DNA of 63,491 nt from Nanobdellota archaeon (GCA_018817405.1 JAHITZ010000032.1:1-63491), one strand, 5' to 3'. Numbered from the stretch's first letter, positions 35,028 through 43,582 are shown. The notes: generated by a model not told the origin, from the letters alone. Translations and numbers: made by a program.

Positions 35028-35468
35028 TTATTTAATTCTATTGCCCCCTCTATCAAAAATACCCGTTATACTCTCAAAGTTAACGTGATATTCTCCATGT
35101 TTAGCGTAACGGTATTGAGTAAACGAGTCGTCTACGTTTACTGAAACACTAAAGCCTGGTTCAATCATAGAGTCTGCTTTAGCTGAATGACTAGTTAATA
35201 AGATGGTTTCTGTACCTGCTCCGGTTCGTAGCGAAAAAATGTAAGGAGAAGAGTTTCCAAAAGGACCCTGGGCTGAATGGAAAGGTATCTCTGCTATGAC
35301 CTTACCAGAAACAATGGAAGATGGTCTTGAGATAGAATGGTCGGCAGACACGTTTTTTCTTCGAGAATAGTCGACAGATAAGACTGTAAAAGTACATAGA
35401 AAACCTGTTAGCGCAACAGCGCCCAGTGTGACCACCAACTGTTTCAAACCATCTAATTGTTTTCTCAT
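35028..35468 (-). CDS. Membrane-anchored orphan protein, 146 aa
   Basis: N-terminal TM VVTLGAVALTGFLCTFTVL; remainder S/G/T-rich, no family recognised. Confidence 0.45.
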   Translation of the reverse strand: MRKQLDGLKQLVVTLGAVALTGFLCTFTVLSVDYSRRKNVSADHSISRPSSIVSGKVIAEIPFHSAQGPFGNSSPYIFSLRTGAGTETILLTSHSAKADSMIEPGFSVSVNVDDSFTQYRYAKHGEYHVNFESITGIFDRGGNRIK

Positions 35469-35970
35469 TTTAAAGGTAGAAAAGGGACCTATAAAAATCT
35501 TTAGATTAAACGAACGTGTGTCGTATCTGATAATTATTTTCCAACGCTAATGTAGACCGGCACGTGAAATTAACAAAAAAGAAGATTGCGAACACGCTAA
35601 GAATCCTTGAAGAAGGTGAAATCTGTAAAGTAGTAGTACACCAATTTAGTGGAGATAGTATAAGAATGCCCTTATTTAGAGAAAAAGCTGGTGTGGGCAA
35701 ATAGTAACCAAGGCCAAGTATGGTGCATGCTATTCCAAGGAAGAGGATTGTTGTTTGTGTTTAGTTTCTAAGGAAATTATTGCAACCTAGAAATAGCATA
35801 ATCATTTTTCCACAACATCCACCCCACCCCACCAAAGATTATTTAACATTATTATCTAAAACCATAAGATTCTAATCTATTGTTTAATATTTATTCATTT
35901 CACCAAGTATGGATTGATGATGTGATAGTTATAATGTGCGTTGTGGAATATTATTGGGTTATTGGGTTTA

Positions 35971-36549
35971 TTAACCAAACTTCATAAAAGGATTCTCTTT
36001 TTTCTCCTCACAGATTGTCGAACTTTTCTTATTCCCATAATCATGGCCGGGATAAACTTCTATGTTGTCTGGAAGTTTAGATAATTTCTTTAGGCTTTGG
36101 AACATTTGTTTTTCATCGCTTTCTGGTAAATCAGTTCTTCCAATACTGTTTACAAATAAAGTGTCTCCAGTAAACAATTTGTTATCAATTAGAAAGCACA
36201 CGCCACCTGCAGAATGTCCAGGAGTGTGCAGAACTTTGATTTTTATTTTTCCTAATGTGATGATGTCGTTGTCTTTTATATTTTCATGCGGGACAGTTAA
36301 GGATTCGTCTTTGTGAACATATACTTTTGCTTTTGTTTTTTCCATTAATTTACCAAGATCGGTAATGTGGTCAAAGTGCGTGTGAGTTAGAAGAATTTTA
36401 GTTATCTTTAGGTTTTGTTCTTTTGCCTTGTTGAGGATTTTCTCGTGCTCAAAGCCTGGGTCAACAACTGCAGCTTGTTTTGTTTCTTCATCTACCAAGA
36501 TGTAGGAAAAATTTTCCATGTTGCCTACTGGGATTTGGTGGAGGAGCAT
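35971..36549 (-). CDS. MBL-fold hydrolase (glyoxalase II-like)
   Basis: Start at the internal Met MLLHQIPVG; HTHFDH motif, HTPGHS, later conserved D and H. Confidence 0.8.
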   Translation of the reverse strand: MLLHQIPVGNMENFSYILVDEETKQAAVVDPGFEHEKILNKAKEQNLKITKILLTHTHFDHITDLGKLMEKTKAKVYVHKDESLTVPHENIKDNDIITLGKIKIKVLHTPGHSAGGVCFLIDNKLFTGDTLFVNSIGRTDLPESDEKQMFQSLKKLSKLPDNIEVYPGHDYGNKKSSTICEEKKENPFMKFG

Positions 36550-36587
36550 ATTATAATGATTAGAATGGAGATTTATTAAGTTTGTGT

Positions 36588-36920
36588 TTAGTATTGAAAG
36601 CCAACTTGCGCAACACCACAGATTACATTGCAAGTGTTGCCGAATATTTCTTCGCGGATTGTGTGGGCGATTAATGTTCTTCCTTTTAATTCCTGCAAAG
36701 AGCCAATACATAAATAAGACAAAAGTCCTTGGATTCTGTTTTTTGTAAATGATGTTGGGCCTTGATAGTGCTGGTTTCTTAGATATAATCCGATTCGTCT
36801 TGTGAAACTCTTAACCTCAACAACCCTTACGCGATGAAGAGATGTTGGACTTGCCATGATTCTCTCTCTATCAGGGTTTTGAAAACACCATTCTGAAGGA
36901 TAAAATCTTTCTTTGGTCAT
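36588..36920 (-). CDS. Orphan ORF, 110 aa
   Basis: ORF upstream of the MBL gene, atypical composition. Confidence 0.3.
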   Translation of the reverse strand: MTKERFYPSEWCFQNPDRERIMASPTSLHRVRVVEVKSFTRRIGLYLRNQHYQGPTSFTKNRIQGLLSYLCIGSLQELKGRTLIAHTIREEIFGNTCNVICGVAQVGFQY

Positions 36921-37010
36921 GGGAGATGTTTGAGCAGAGAGTTTTTAAAGTTTAGGAATACGGATGTTTTAGAGAAACTCTTTTAAGTTATTAATTCTTA
37001 TGTTTTTCGC

Positions 37011-37096
37011 GCGGGGGTGCCAGAGTCCGGTCAAATGGGCTAGCTTGAGGGGCTAGTGGCTTAGTGCCTGCCAGGGTTCGAATCCCTGCTCCCGCA
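37011..37096 (+). tRNA. tRNA-Leu (GAG), no intron
   Basis: Acceptor GCGGGGG/CTCCCGC; anticodon stem CTAGC/GCTAG with loop TTGAGGG; long variable arm; T loop TTCGAAT. Confidence 0.85.
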
Positions 37097-37141
37097 TTAG
37101 GGATTCGAAAGGATTTTAAGTTTGATTTCTCTTAAAAGTAT

Positions 37142-37375
37142 ATGATTAAAAAAAGAATAATTAACGATCCAGTTAGGTATGTTAAATTAAAAGGGATTGG
37201 CTTAAGGATTGATTATTACTTCAATAGGAAAGGTTGCAATAATAAAGAAAGAGGTCATCTCGCTATTGAAGATGGAAAAGTAGTATGTGAAAGACCAGCT
37301 TCAGCTTTAAACGTCTTTATATCTAATGGTTCTCCTTTCTTAAACATCTCTGGTGCTCTTATTCTTCCAATCTAA
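37142..37375 (+). CDS. Hypothetical small protein
   Basis: 77-aa ORF, no motif recognised. Confidence 0.3.
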   Translation: MIKKRIINDPVRYVKLKGIGLRIDYYFNRKGCNNKERGHLAIEDGKVVCERPASALNVFISNGSPFLNISGALILPI

Positions 37376-37397
37376 CTGCACATTTTCCATTGGTATT

Positions 37398-38093
37398 TCA
37401 CTTAACGCCCTTTTCAAAATCATTAAGGTTTTTTTCTAAAGCTTTGACTGCCTCGGCCAAAATATCTTTTGCTGGCATGTTGCCATAGGATTCTATAATA
37501 AAAAGTAATTCGTTGGAATCAGAGAGTGCATTTTTATCAATGTCTTCAATTTGTTTTATTTCTGCTTCGTTTAGGTCACATAACCATTTAGAGCCTTTTT
37601 TTTCTGGTTTGATAAGGCCTTTGGATTTTTCAATTATTTTATCTATCTGCGGAGATGATTTTACTTCAAGAAGATGATGGTAGTAGCATAAACCTGGGAC
37701 GTGTTTTGCGTGTTCTGTTCCTTTTCCTAATCTGGCTGTAGCCATTAATTCTAATTTGTGATTTTCTCTGAGAAGTGTTAAAGGAATTTTTTTGTAGATG
37801 ACTTCTGCAGGACCTTTCAAATCTTCTGAATAAACAGTGCAAGGACCTTTCTTTGACAGTTTGAAATCTATTTTTGTTTTTGCTGTCATGGATTTTTCTG
37901 TCTTCAATGGAATCAGGCCGAACCTGTTTGCAAGAATTTCGTCGTAAAGAGCAGAATCATTTTTGTAAATTTCAACTTCGTCAATTGCAAGGGTTGGGAT
38001 TTCAGAGACGCTTCTGCGAATAGCATTTGCTAAAGGCTCGTTTGCTTCTATTCTCAAGACCAATTTTTCCTTTGTGTTTTGTATTGTTTGCAT
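37398..38093 (-). CDS. rpoD: RNA polymerase subunit D (Rpb3-like)
   Basis: 231 aa; ANAIRRSV.SEIPTLAIDEVEI..N.S.L.DEILA.R.GLIPL; canonical position after rps11. Confidence 0.85.
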   Translation of the reverse strand: MQTIQNTKEKLVLRIEANEPLANAIRRSVSEIPTLAIDEVEIYKNDSALYDEILANRFGLIPLKTEKSMTAKTKIDFKLSKKGPCTVYSEDLKGPAEVIYKKIPLTLLRENHKLELMATARLGKGTEHAKHVPGLCYYHHLLEVKSSPQIDKIIEKSKGLIKPEKKGSKWLCDLNEAEIKQIEDIDKNALSDSNELLFIIESYGNMPAKDILAEAVKALEKNLNDFEKGVK

Positions 38094-38130
38094 TTTTATT
38101 TAACGAATTTTTAGTTTTAAAGGTTTGCTA

Positions 38131-38829
38131 TTATACTCTCCTCCCCCTTCTTCCGCCTTTTTTCTTTGGGCCTCCCCGAGGAACTTTTGTTGTGTCTAGT
38201 ATGCTTATGATGTCAAAGCCTGCCTTGCCAAGACTTTTTACTGCAGAATTTGTACCAGGCCCGTGTCCAAATCGTGTTTTTCCTTTCATTCTTACATACA
38301 GTCTTGTAAAACCTAAATCGCGAGCTCGCTCTGCAGCCCTTTTAGCGACGAACATTGCAATTGTTGGATTTGCTTTTAATCTCGAGTGTTTTGTAATCAT
38401 TCCTCCTGAAACTTTTGAGATTGTACTGCCTGAAAGGTCTGTTATGTGGACTCTTGTGTTGTTTGAGGAGCTTGAGATGTAAGCGATTCCTGTTTTGTCT
38501 TCTTTCCTTTTTGTTTTGGATTCTGTTTTTTGTGGTGTAACTTTTTCTTCTTTAGGTTCTTTTTTCTTCTTATCAACTATTTCTGCAGCAACTTCCTCGG
38601 CAACTTCTTCAGCTACTTTCTCCGCAGCTTCTTCTTTTTTCTTCTTATCAACTATTTCTGCAGCAACTTCCTCGGCAACTTCTTCAGCTACTTTCTCCGC
38701 AGCTTCTTCTTTTTTCTTCTTAGTTTTGGTCTCAAGAGAGGTTGGAATCTTTTTTTCTATTTCTTCTTCTACAATTTCCTTGATTTCTTCCTTTACTTTC
38801 TTCTCAACTTTTTTCTTTTCTTCTGGCAT
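38131..38829 (-). CDS. rps11: 30S ribosomal protein S11 with an N-terminal K/E/A-rich extension of about 100 aa
   Basis: C-terminal 130 aa are a canonical S11 (GIAYISSSSNNTRVHITD...GRRGRRV). Confidence 0.9.
   Translation of the reverse strand: MPEEKKKVEKKVKEEIKEIVEEEIEKKIPTSLETKTKKKKEEAAEKVAEEVAEEVAAEIVDKKKKEEAAEKVAEEVAEEVAAEIVDKKKKEPKEEKVTPQKTESKTKRKEDKTGIAYISSSSNNTRVHITDLSGSTISKVSGGMITKHSRLKANPTIAMFVAKRAAERARDLGFTRLYVRMKGKTRFGHGPGTNSAVKSLGKAGFDIISILDTTKVPRGGPKKKGGRRGRRV
38566..38715. repeat. Perfect 2 x 75-nt tandem duplication inside the rps11 5' extension
   Basis: 38566-38640 and 38641-38715 read identical; encodes KKKKEEAAEKVAEEVAEEVAAEIVD twice. Confidence 0.85.
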
Positions 38830-39119
38830 TATGCTGCTTCCTCTAGTTTACTTACAGAAACGTAAAAATTATGTTCTCTTAGATTTGGTAAAACTGGATC
38901 TTCATTAAATCTTTGAGTTGCTTCGTTGGGAGTAGAGTTGAAAAATACAATTGCTTCTGTCTTATCACGAGTCGAATTATAAGGCATTGCCCAATCATAT
39001 CTTTGTCCAGGGATTAATTGACCGATTGATAAGTTCTGTGCGCTTCTTAATCCTCTTCTTTCTACCACAGACCTAAAAGCATTGTCCACCATAATTAGAT
39101 TTGGATTAAAGGTTGCCAT
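38829..39119 (-). CDS. Orphan ORF (96 aa) between rps4 and rps11
   Basis: TAATG stop/start overlaps on both sides; shares motifs with ORF 39855-40187. Confidence 0.5.
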   Translation of the reverse strand: MATFNPNLIMVDNAFRSVVERRGLRSAQNLSIGQLIPGQRYDWAMPYNSTRDKTEAIVFFNSTPNEATQRFNEDPVLPNLREHNFYVSVSKLEEAA

Positions 39120-39727
39120 TATTCGGTTGCCTCCTTTGATTCTTCCTTTGGGGCTTCTTCTTGAGTTGGTTCTGCTGGCTTAGCTGGTTCGGCCGGAGCT
39201 TCAGCTTGTGGCTCTTGAGCTAGTTGTTCTGCCTGCGGTTCAGCAGCTGGAGCTTCTTCTTTCTTTGGCTTTGGCTTCTTTGCTTTCTTTTTTAGTGTGA
39301 TCTTGTTTTCTTCTGAAAGAGGTACAAGATAGCTTGGAGAGTTTACGACCTTTTTGTTAATTAGAATTTTTTTATGAACTACCATCTGCCGTGCTTGCCT
39401 TGTAGTGTCTGCTAACTTCTTTTGTGCAACCACTGTTGGCAATCTTCTTTTTAAGATATCTTCTACCTGCAAGTCTAAAACATCTGCAATGGTGTTTGTG
39501 TTTAAGCCGAGAGCTTTTAATTTTCTAAACAAAATTTCTTGTTCTTCAAGTGGTTTTTTAGCAAGGGCCTTTGCTCTTCCTCTGCAATATTCAACTTTTG
39601 CCTGTGTTTTCCACAGTTCTTTTTTATTTTTCAAAGCGTATTTCTTCTTTAACTGCTCTTCTTCCTTGATTCTCTCTTTTTCAAAAGGTTTCATTGGTTT
39701 TTTGTAGAGGTTTTTTTTGCGGATCAT
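39119..39727 (-). CDS. rps4: 30S ribosomal protein S4 with a Pro/Ala/Glu-rich C-terminal tail
   Basis: S4 core (S4 RNA-binding domain region RRLPTVV.....A.T..QARQ.V.H..I); about 55-aa low-complexity tail. Confidence 0.9.
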   Translation of the reverse strand: MIRKKNLYKKPMKPFEKERIKEEEQLKKKYALKNKKELWKTQAKVEYCRGRAKALAKKPLEEQEILFRKLKALGLNTNTIADVLDLQVEDILKRRLPTVVAQKKLADTTRQARQMVVHKKILINKKVVNSPSYLVPLSEENKITLKKKAKKPKPKKEEAPAAEPQAEQLAQEPQAEAPAEPAKPAEPTQEEAPKEESKEATE

Positions 39728-39854
39728 TTTATGTTTTGGTTAGTAAATTTAAATTGTTATAATCTGTATTGAAAGAACGATTATCTAAAAAAATAAATGG
39801 TTTGGATAAATAATATTTGACTTTTATTTTATTTGATTTTGTCATTTTAACTTA

Positions 39855-40187
39855 TTACACTCCTCTCCTCAATTCTGGAAACATTTGTTCAAGAGATTTT
39901 AACTCTTGGTATGGTGGTATGAGTAACTTCAAATAATGCTGTGGGCGGGCTCCGAGAGCTACATCTCGCACCATACTTCGAAACGTTCCTCTTGCGTTGT
40001 TATAACGAGGCAGTGCTTCTACAAATAAACTACTTGATGCTAGCTGTTCGGCCTGCATCATATTAGCCTCAAAAACAGAGAGATGAAAATTATGATGTAC
40101 CAAGTTAGAACTTATTGGCTCCCCTACAAACTCGCAGTTTACTGCTGTTACATTTCCCCTTTCTTCTGTTGTCATTATTGCTACCAT
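39855..40187 (-). CDS. Orphan ORF (110 aa from the internal ATG) between rps13 and rps4
   Basis: TAA-A-ATG junction with the rps13 stop; motif sharing with 38829-39119 and 40700-40966. Confidence 0.5.
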   Translation of the reverse strand: MVAIMTTEERGNVTAVNCEFVGEPISSNLVHHNFHLSVFEANMMQAEQLASSSLFVEALPRYNNARGTFRSMVRDVALGARPQHYLKLLIPPYQELKSLEQMFPELRRGV

Positions 40188-40188
40188 T

Positions 40189-40698
40189 TTATCCTTTCTT
40201 CCCCTTACTTGCTTTTTTCTGAACACTAACTGCCTTGCCTTTCTTTCTAAAGTGCGAGCGAGTTCTTTGGCCGCGAACTGGCAGGCCTGCTGTGTGACGG
40301 ATTCCTTTATAGGACTTGATTTTTTTCATTCGGCGGATGTCAAAATCTCTTTTCATTTCCAGGTCTGCTCCAATACAATGCTCTGTTTCCCCTGTTTCTG
40401 GGTCTTTTCTTCTGTTTTTTTGAAAATCTTTAATGTCTGGATTTTTCAAAAATTCCTCGATTTTTTGAATCTCTTCTTTAGAGAGTTCTAAAACTTTTTT
40501 TGTTTTTTGGATTTTTAGTTTTATGCAAGTGGCATTTGCAACTGTCCAGCCAACTCCTTTTATTCTTGTCAGACCTGCGAGAATTCTTTTTGAGCCAGGG
40601 ATGTCATAGCCTGCAATTCTGATTAACATTTCTTCAAGGTCTTCTTTTTCAAAATGTTTTTTTGGTTTTTCAGTTTTAGGTTGGTTTGGGGCTGCCAT
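40189..40698 (-). CDS. rps13: 30S ribosomal protein S13
   Basis: Start at MAAPNQ; IAGYDIPG.K....LT.I.GVG, KGIRH..GLPVRGQRT. Confidence 0.9.
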   Translation of the reverse strand: MAAPNQPKTEKPKKHFEKEDLEEMLIRIAGYDIPGSKRILAGLTRIKGVGWTVANATCIKLKIQKTKKVLELSKEEIQKIEEFLKNPDIKDFQKNRRKDPETGETEHCIGADLEMKRDFDIRRMKKIKSYKGIRHTAGLPVRGQRTRSHFRKKGKAVSVQKKASKGKKG

Positions 40699-40699
40699 T

Positions 40700-40966
40700 T
40701 TATTCTGTTTGCCCTCTTGCTTCATTGTAAGCTTGTCGTGCAGCGTTATAGCGGTTTCCTAATTCTAGGGCTGTTCCTTCTGAAACGCCTGCTGCTTTTT
40801 GTCTAACAATATAGGATTTTAATTCGTTTAGGTGGCTTGAAGCGGAGGCAAGAGACAGTGTTGCGCGCTCAGAGGCACCTAGCTTAGCTGAATACGTTGC
40901 ATTAGCACAAAGATTTTCAACTTCGGCGGCCATTTGGTCTGCTTTTCTTAATTTGCCTTTTCCCAT
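40700..40966 (-). CDS. Orphan ORF (88 aa, predicted helical) upstream of rps13
   Basis: TAA-A-ATG junction with rps13; A/S/L/N/E-rich. Confidence 0.45.
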   Translation of the reverse strand: MGKGKLRKADQMAAEVENLCANATYSAKLGASERATLSLASASSHLNELKSYIVRQKAAGVSEGTALELGNRYNAARQAYNEARGQTE

Positions 40967-40972
40967 TTTATG

Positions 40973-41251
40973 CTACACCCCCCTCTCTTCGATATACGAT
41001 TCAACAGCCTGAATAGAATTATCTGCTTGTAAGTAAAAGGCCTCAATATCTGCATTAGACGTTAAACCCTCGCTTTCTTCTCCGTATACTTCTAAAATGG
41101 CCAGTTGCCATCCTGCACCATCCACAAACATAGTTGCATTACAAAATCTTCCTTCATTAGCATGTTGTCTGGCAAGTCTACAAGTTCTTGCCATACCCTC
41201 TGCGGCGTCTCTTGCGTTTGCTATTAATATTTTATTCCTTTCTTCTCCCAT
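40973..41251 (-). CDS. Orphan ORF (92 aa)
   Basis: Starts 2 nt after the DUF655 stop; C-NAT motif shared with 40700-40966. Confidence 0.45.
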   Translation of the reverse strand: MGEERNKILIANARDAAEGMARTCRLARQHANEGRFCNATMFVDGAGWQLAILEVYGEESEGLTSNADIEAFYLQADNSIQAVESYIEERGV

Positions 41252-41253
41252 CT

Positions 41254-41793
41254 TTACCTCACAAACAGATTAAACCTCTGTCTTACTGTTAACTCTTCTA
41301 TAAATCTCTTTTCAACTGCTTTCTTTGGGTCGGGTATGGATTTCACTCTAGCCTTGATGTCTTCAAAGCTTGCGAATGGTTTTTCTTTTCTTGCTTCCAT
41401 GATCTCCCTTGTGTGTTTTTTACCGAAGCCAGGCAAGAGTTCAAGTTGATGGAGGCGCGTATTCATGGCCTGAGCATTATTGAAGAATTCCACAAAGGTT
41501 TTCTCCTGCTCCCCAACCACTGCCTCAACAAACTCCTGCAGTTGGATCTTTGCAGTCTCTGTAAGCTTCTCTTTATGAAGCCTACCTGCGATGTAGTATA
41601 TCTTATCTCTTTTCTCCGGGCCTATATAAACTTTTTCCTTTGGTGATAATAACACGCCCCTACGTGGAATTAGTTCTAAAAGAGAAAATGTCTTGATGCC
41701 AATGGCTTGAGCTATCGGGTTCGTGTGCTTTTCCATTGGATAACCGTAAGGGAGGAAATCCAGTATGATTGCGTGTTCTTCTTTCTCTGTCAT
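41254..41793 (-). CDS. DUF655 (COG1491) HhH-containing nucleic-acid-binding protein
   Basis: 179 aa; ILDFLPYGYP...LHQLELLPGFGKK; canonical partner of rpl21e-rpoF. Confidence 0.7.
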   Translation of the reverse strand: MTEKEEHAIILDFLPYGYPMEKHTNPIAQAIGIKTFSLLELIPRRGVLLSPKEKVYIGPEKRDKIYYIAGRLHKEKLTETAKIQLQEFVEAVVGEQEKTFVEFFNNAQAMNTRLHQLELLPGFGKKHTREIMEARKEKPFASFEDIKARVKSIPDPKKAVEKRFIEELTVRQRFNLFVR

Positions 41794-41801
41794 TTTTACC
41801 T

Positions 41802-42101
41802 TTAGTATTTGTTAACAATTTCCAGTATTGCATTTGTTTCCTCTTCGGTTAATGAAGTATCTATAAAAATTTTATTAACATCTTCTGCATCTTTCGGCAG
41901 GAAGTCAATAAGTTTTACAATGTGTTCTTCTTTTATTTTCATATTTCCTAAAGATTTAATTTCTTCTTTTAGTTTAAGAGCTTTATCTTTAGAAAGTTTT
42001 GTGAACTTTTTCAAGTAGGCTTTTATTTCCTGCCTTTCTTCTAGTGGTTTCACTATGTCTTGCACTTCTGCTAGTGTTAGTGGGTTTTTGGAGTGGATCA
42101 T
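41802..42101 (-). CDS. rpoF: RNA polymerase subunit F (Rpb4-like)
   Basis: 99 aa helical K/E-rich protein in the conserved position between rpl21e and DUF655. Confidence 0.65.
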   Translation of the reverse strand: MIHSKNPLTLAEVQDIVKPLEERQEIKAYLKKFTKLSKDKALKLKEEIKSLGNMKIKEEHIVKLIDFLPKDAEDVNKIFIDTSLTEEETNAILEIVNKY

Positions 42102-42102
42102 T

Positions 42103-42471
42103 TTATTCTTGTACCTCTATTAATTCTTCACCAAGTAATCTTGAGAGGTCTGCTCTTACTCTTTCAACTTTGTCTTGTTCCCCAATTAAACTTGCTTCTG
42201 GATGATATTGTTCCCCTCCACAAAAAACTCCTGTAACCCCTCCTATAGAATGTAGCACACTTATGCATGATTCTATATAATCTGGAATGGTATGTATCCC
42301 ATATCCCCTCTCGAGAGCTTCGGTTCCAACTCTCTTTTTCTCTATGAAAAATATACTCCAAATATCTTTACCTCTTAATTCATATTTTTTTGTTACTATC
42401 CCTTCTCCTGTTTGTGTTTCTGTTCCTTGAACTGGAATCCTCGGGAACGTTTCTCCAGGTTCTACTGACAT
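42103..42471 (-). CDS. Orphan ORF (122 aa) between rpl21e and rpoF
   Basis: ATG embedded in the last codons of rpl21e; TAA-A-ATG junction with rpoF. Confidence 0.45.
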   Translation of the reverse strand: MSVEPGETFPRIPVQGTETQTGEGIVTKKYELRGKDIWSIFFIEKKRVGTEALERGYGIHTIPDYIESCISVLHSIGGVTGVFCGGEQYHPEASLIGEQDKVERVRADLSRLLGEELIEVQE

Positions 42472-42740
42472 TTTATTTTTCCTCCTGCGTTTTCTATCCT
42501 CTTTAAATGAATTGGTCTAATTAAATACTTTTTTGTTTTGTTTATATCTTTGATTTCTACGTAGTAGGCTGAGCCTCGTTTTTCTATGACTTTGCCCGTT
42601 CTGCCTTGTAGGCGATTAGAATATGCGAATGGTTGGCTTAGTTCCTGAACTACTGCGACAGAGTCGCCTGGCTGGAACTTCTGGAAAAATCTCGTAAATG
42701 AGAACTTTCCTTTTTGTTTTTGTTTCTTGTGCTTTAACAT
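42462..42740 (-). CDS. rpl21e: 50S ribosomal protein L21e
   Basis: 92 aa; F..GD.V.........G.P...F.G.TG.V....G.AY.V pattern. Confidence 0.85.
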   Translation of the reverse strand: MLKHKKQKQKGKFSFTRFFQKFQPGDSVAVVQELSQPFAYSNRLQGRTGKVIEKRGSAYYVEIKDINKTKKYLIRPIHLKRIENAGGKIKCQ

Positions 42741-42892
42741 AGAATTTAGTGAGAGAATTAGTTTTTAAGCTTTGGGGTTTATGAATTTTTAGAATATTTT
42801 ATAGCATTAACAATTATTCAATTAGTTCAGACTTTGCGACCAATGAATTGTTAGAAATAAGTATACGGAAAAGGTTTTGTGTCCTTTGCGTG

Positions 42893-43357
42893 TTAATAAT
42901 TATCTACAAAGAATGCTTCTTCTGATTCTTGTTCTTTTTGCTGTATTTGTTGATGCATTGGCGGCTCTAATTTAACTTCTGATTCTGGCTCTAATGTTTC
43001 TGCTTCGGCAAACTCTGGAAAGGCTTCAACAAGAGGAGGTATGTCTTCTTTTGTTGGCTTTGCTTCTTCAAGGGCTTCTAATTGTTCTTCAACTATATCA
43101 GGTGATTGCTGAGCTTCCTGCTGTGCCAGGGCTTCTTCTGCGATACAACTTAATCCTGATTTTTTAATGGTTTTCTGTGATTGGGAATCTGAAACAGAAC
43201 CTTGGTAGAGGTCTCCTGCTTCTCTTGCTCCTTCCATGTTTTCTACAATTGTGTTGAACATCTTTGAACCCCAAACACCAATACCACATCTTCTGCAAAC
43301 ATCTATGACAGAGTTTCCGTCAATATTAGTTTTACAGTACATACAACTTTTGCTCAT
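42893..43357 (-). CDS. Zn-ribbon protein with a long acidic tail
   Basis: CMYC...CRRC at the N-terminus; E/Q/A/P-rich C-terminal half. Confidence 0.5.
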   Translation of the reverse strand: MSKSCMYCKTNIDGNSVIDVCRRCGIGVWGSKMFNTIVENMEGAREAGDLYQGSVSDSQSQKTIKKSGLSCIAEEALAQQEAQQSPDIVEEQLEALEEAKPTKEDIPPLVEAFPEFAEAETLEPESEVKLEPPMHQQIQQKEQESEEAFFVDNY

Positions 43358-43582
43358 TTCGCCTCTTTACTTAAGATTAGTAGATTTGGAGAGGAAGGTA
43401 TATAAATTTATCTTCTGTTGATTATAGACAGAACATATGAAAACCAGCACATTTGTTTTATCAGAAGGACACAACAAATAATATCTAAACAGTATGGCTC
43501 TAGACAATAATATTATCACAATCTATTTTGGAAGGTTGGAGGGGGTGGGTAAATAATTAATCAATTTCGATGTTGTAACAAA

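Noticed and set aside
35506-35700. 64-aa minus-strand ORF in the 0.5-kb spacer upstream of the MBL hydrolase island
   Set aside because: Poor start context, hydrophobic low-complexity product, no support.
38495-38908. Plus-strand S/F-rich ORFs opposite the rps11 extension
   Set aside because: Antisense to the K/E/A-rich tandem repeat; an artefact of repeat composition.
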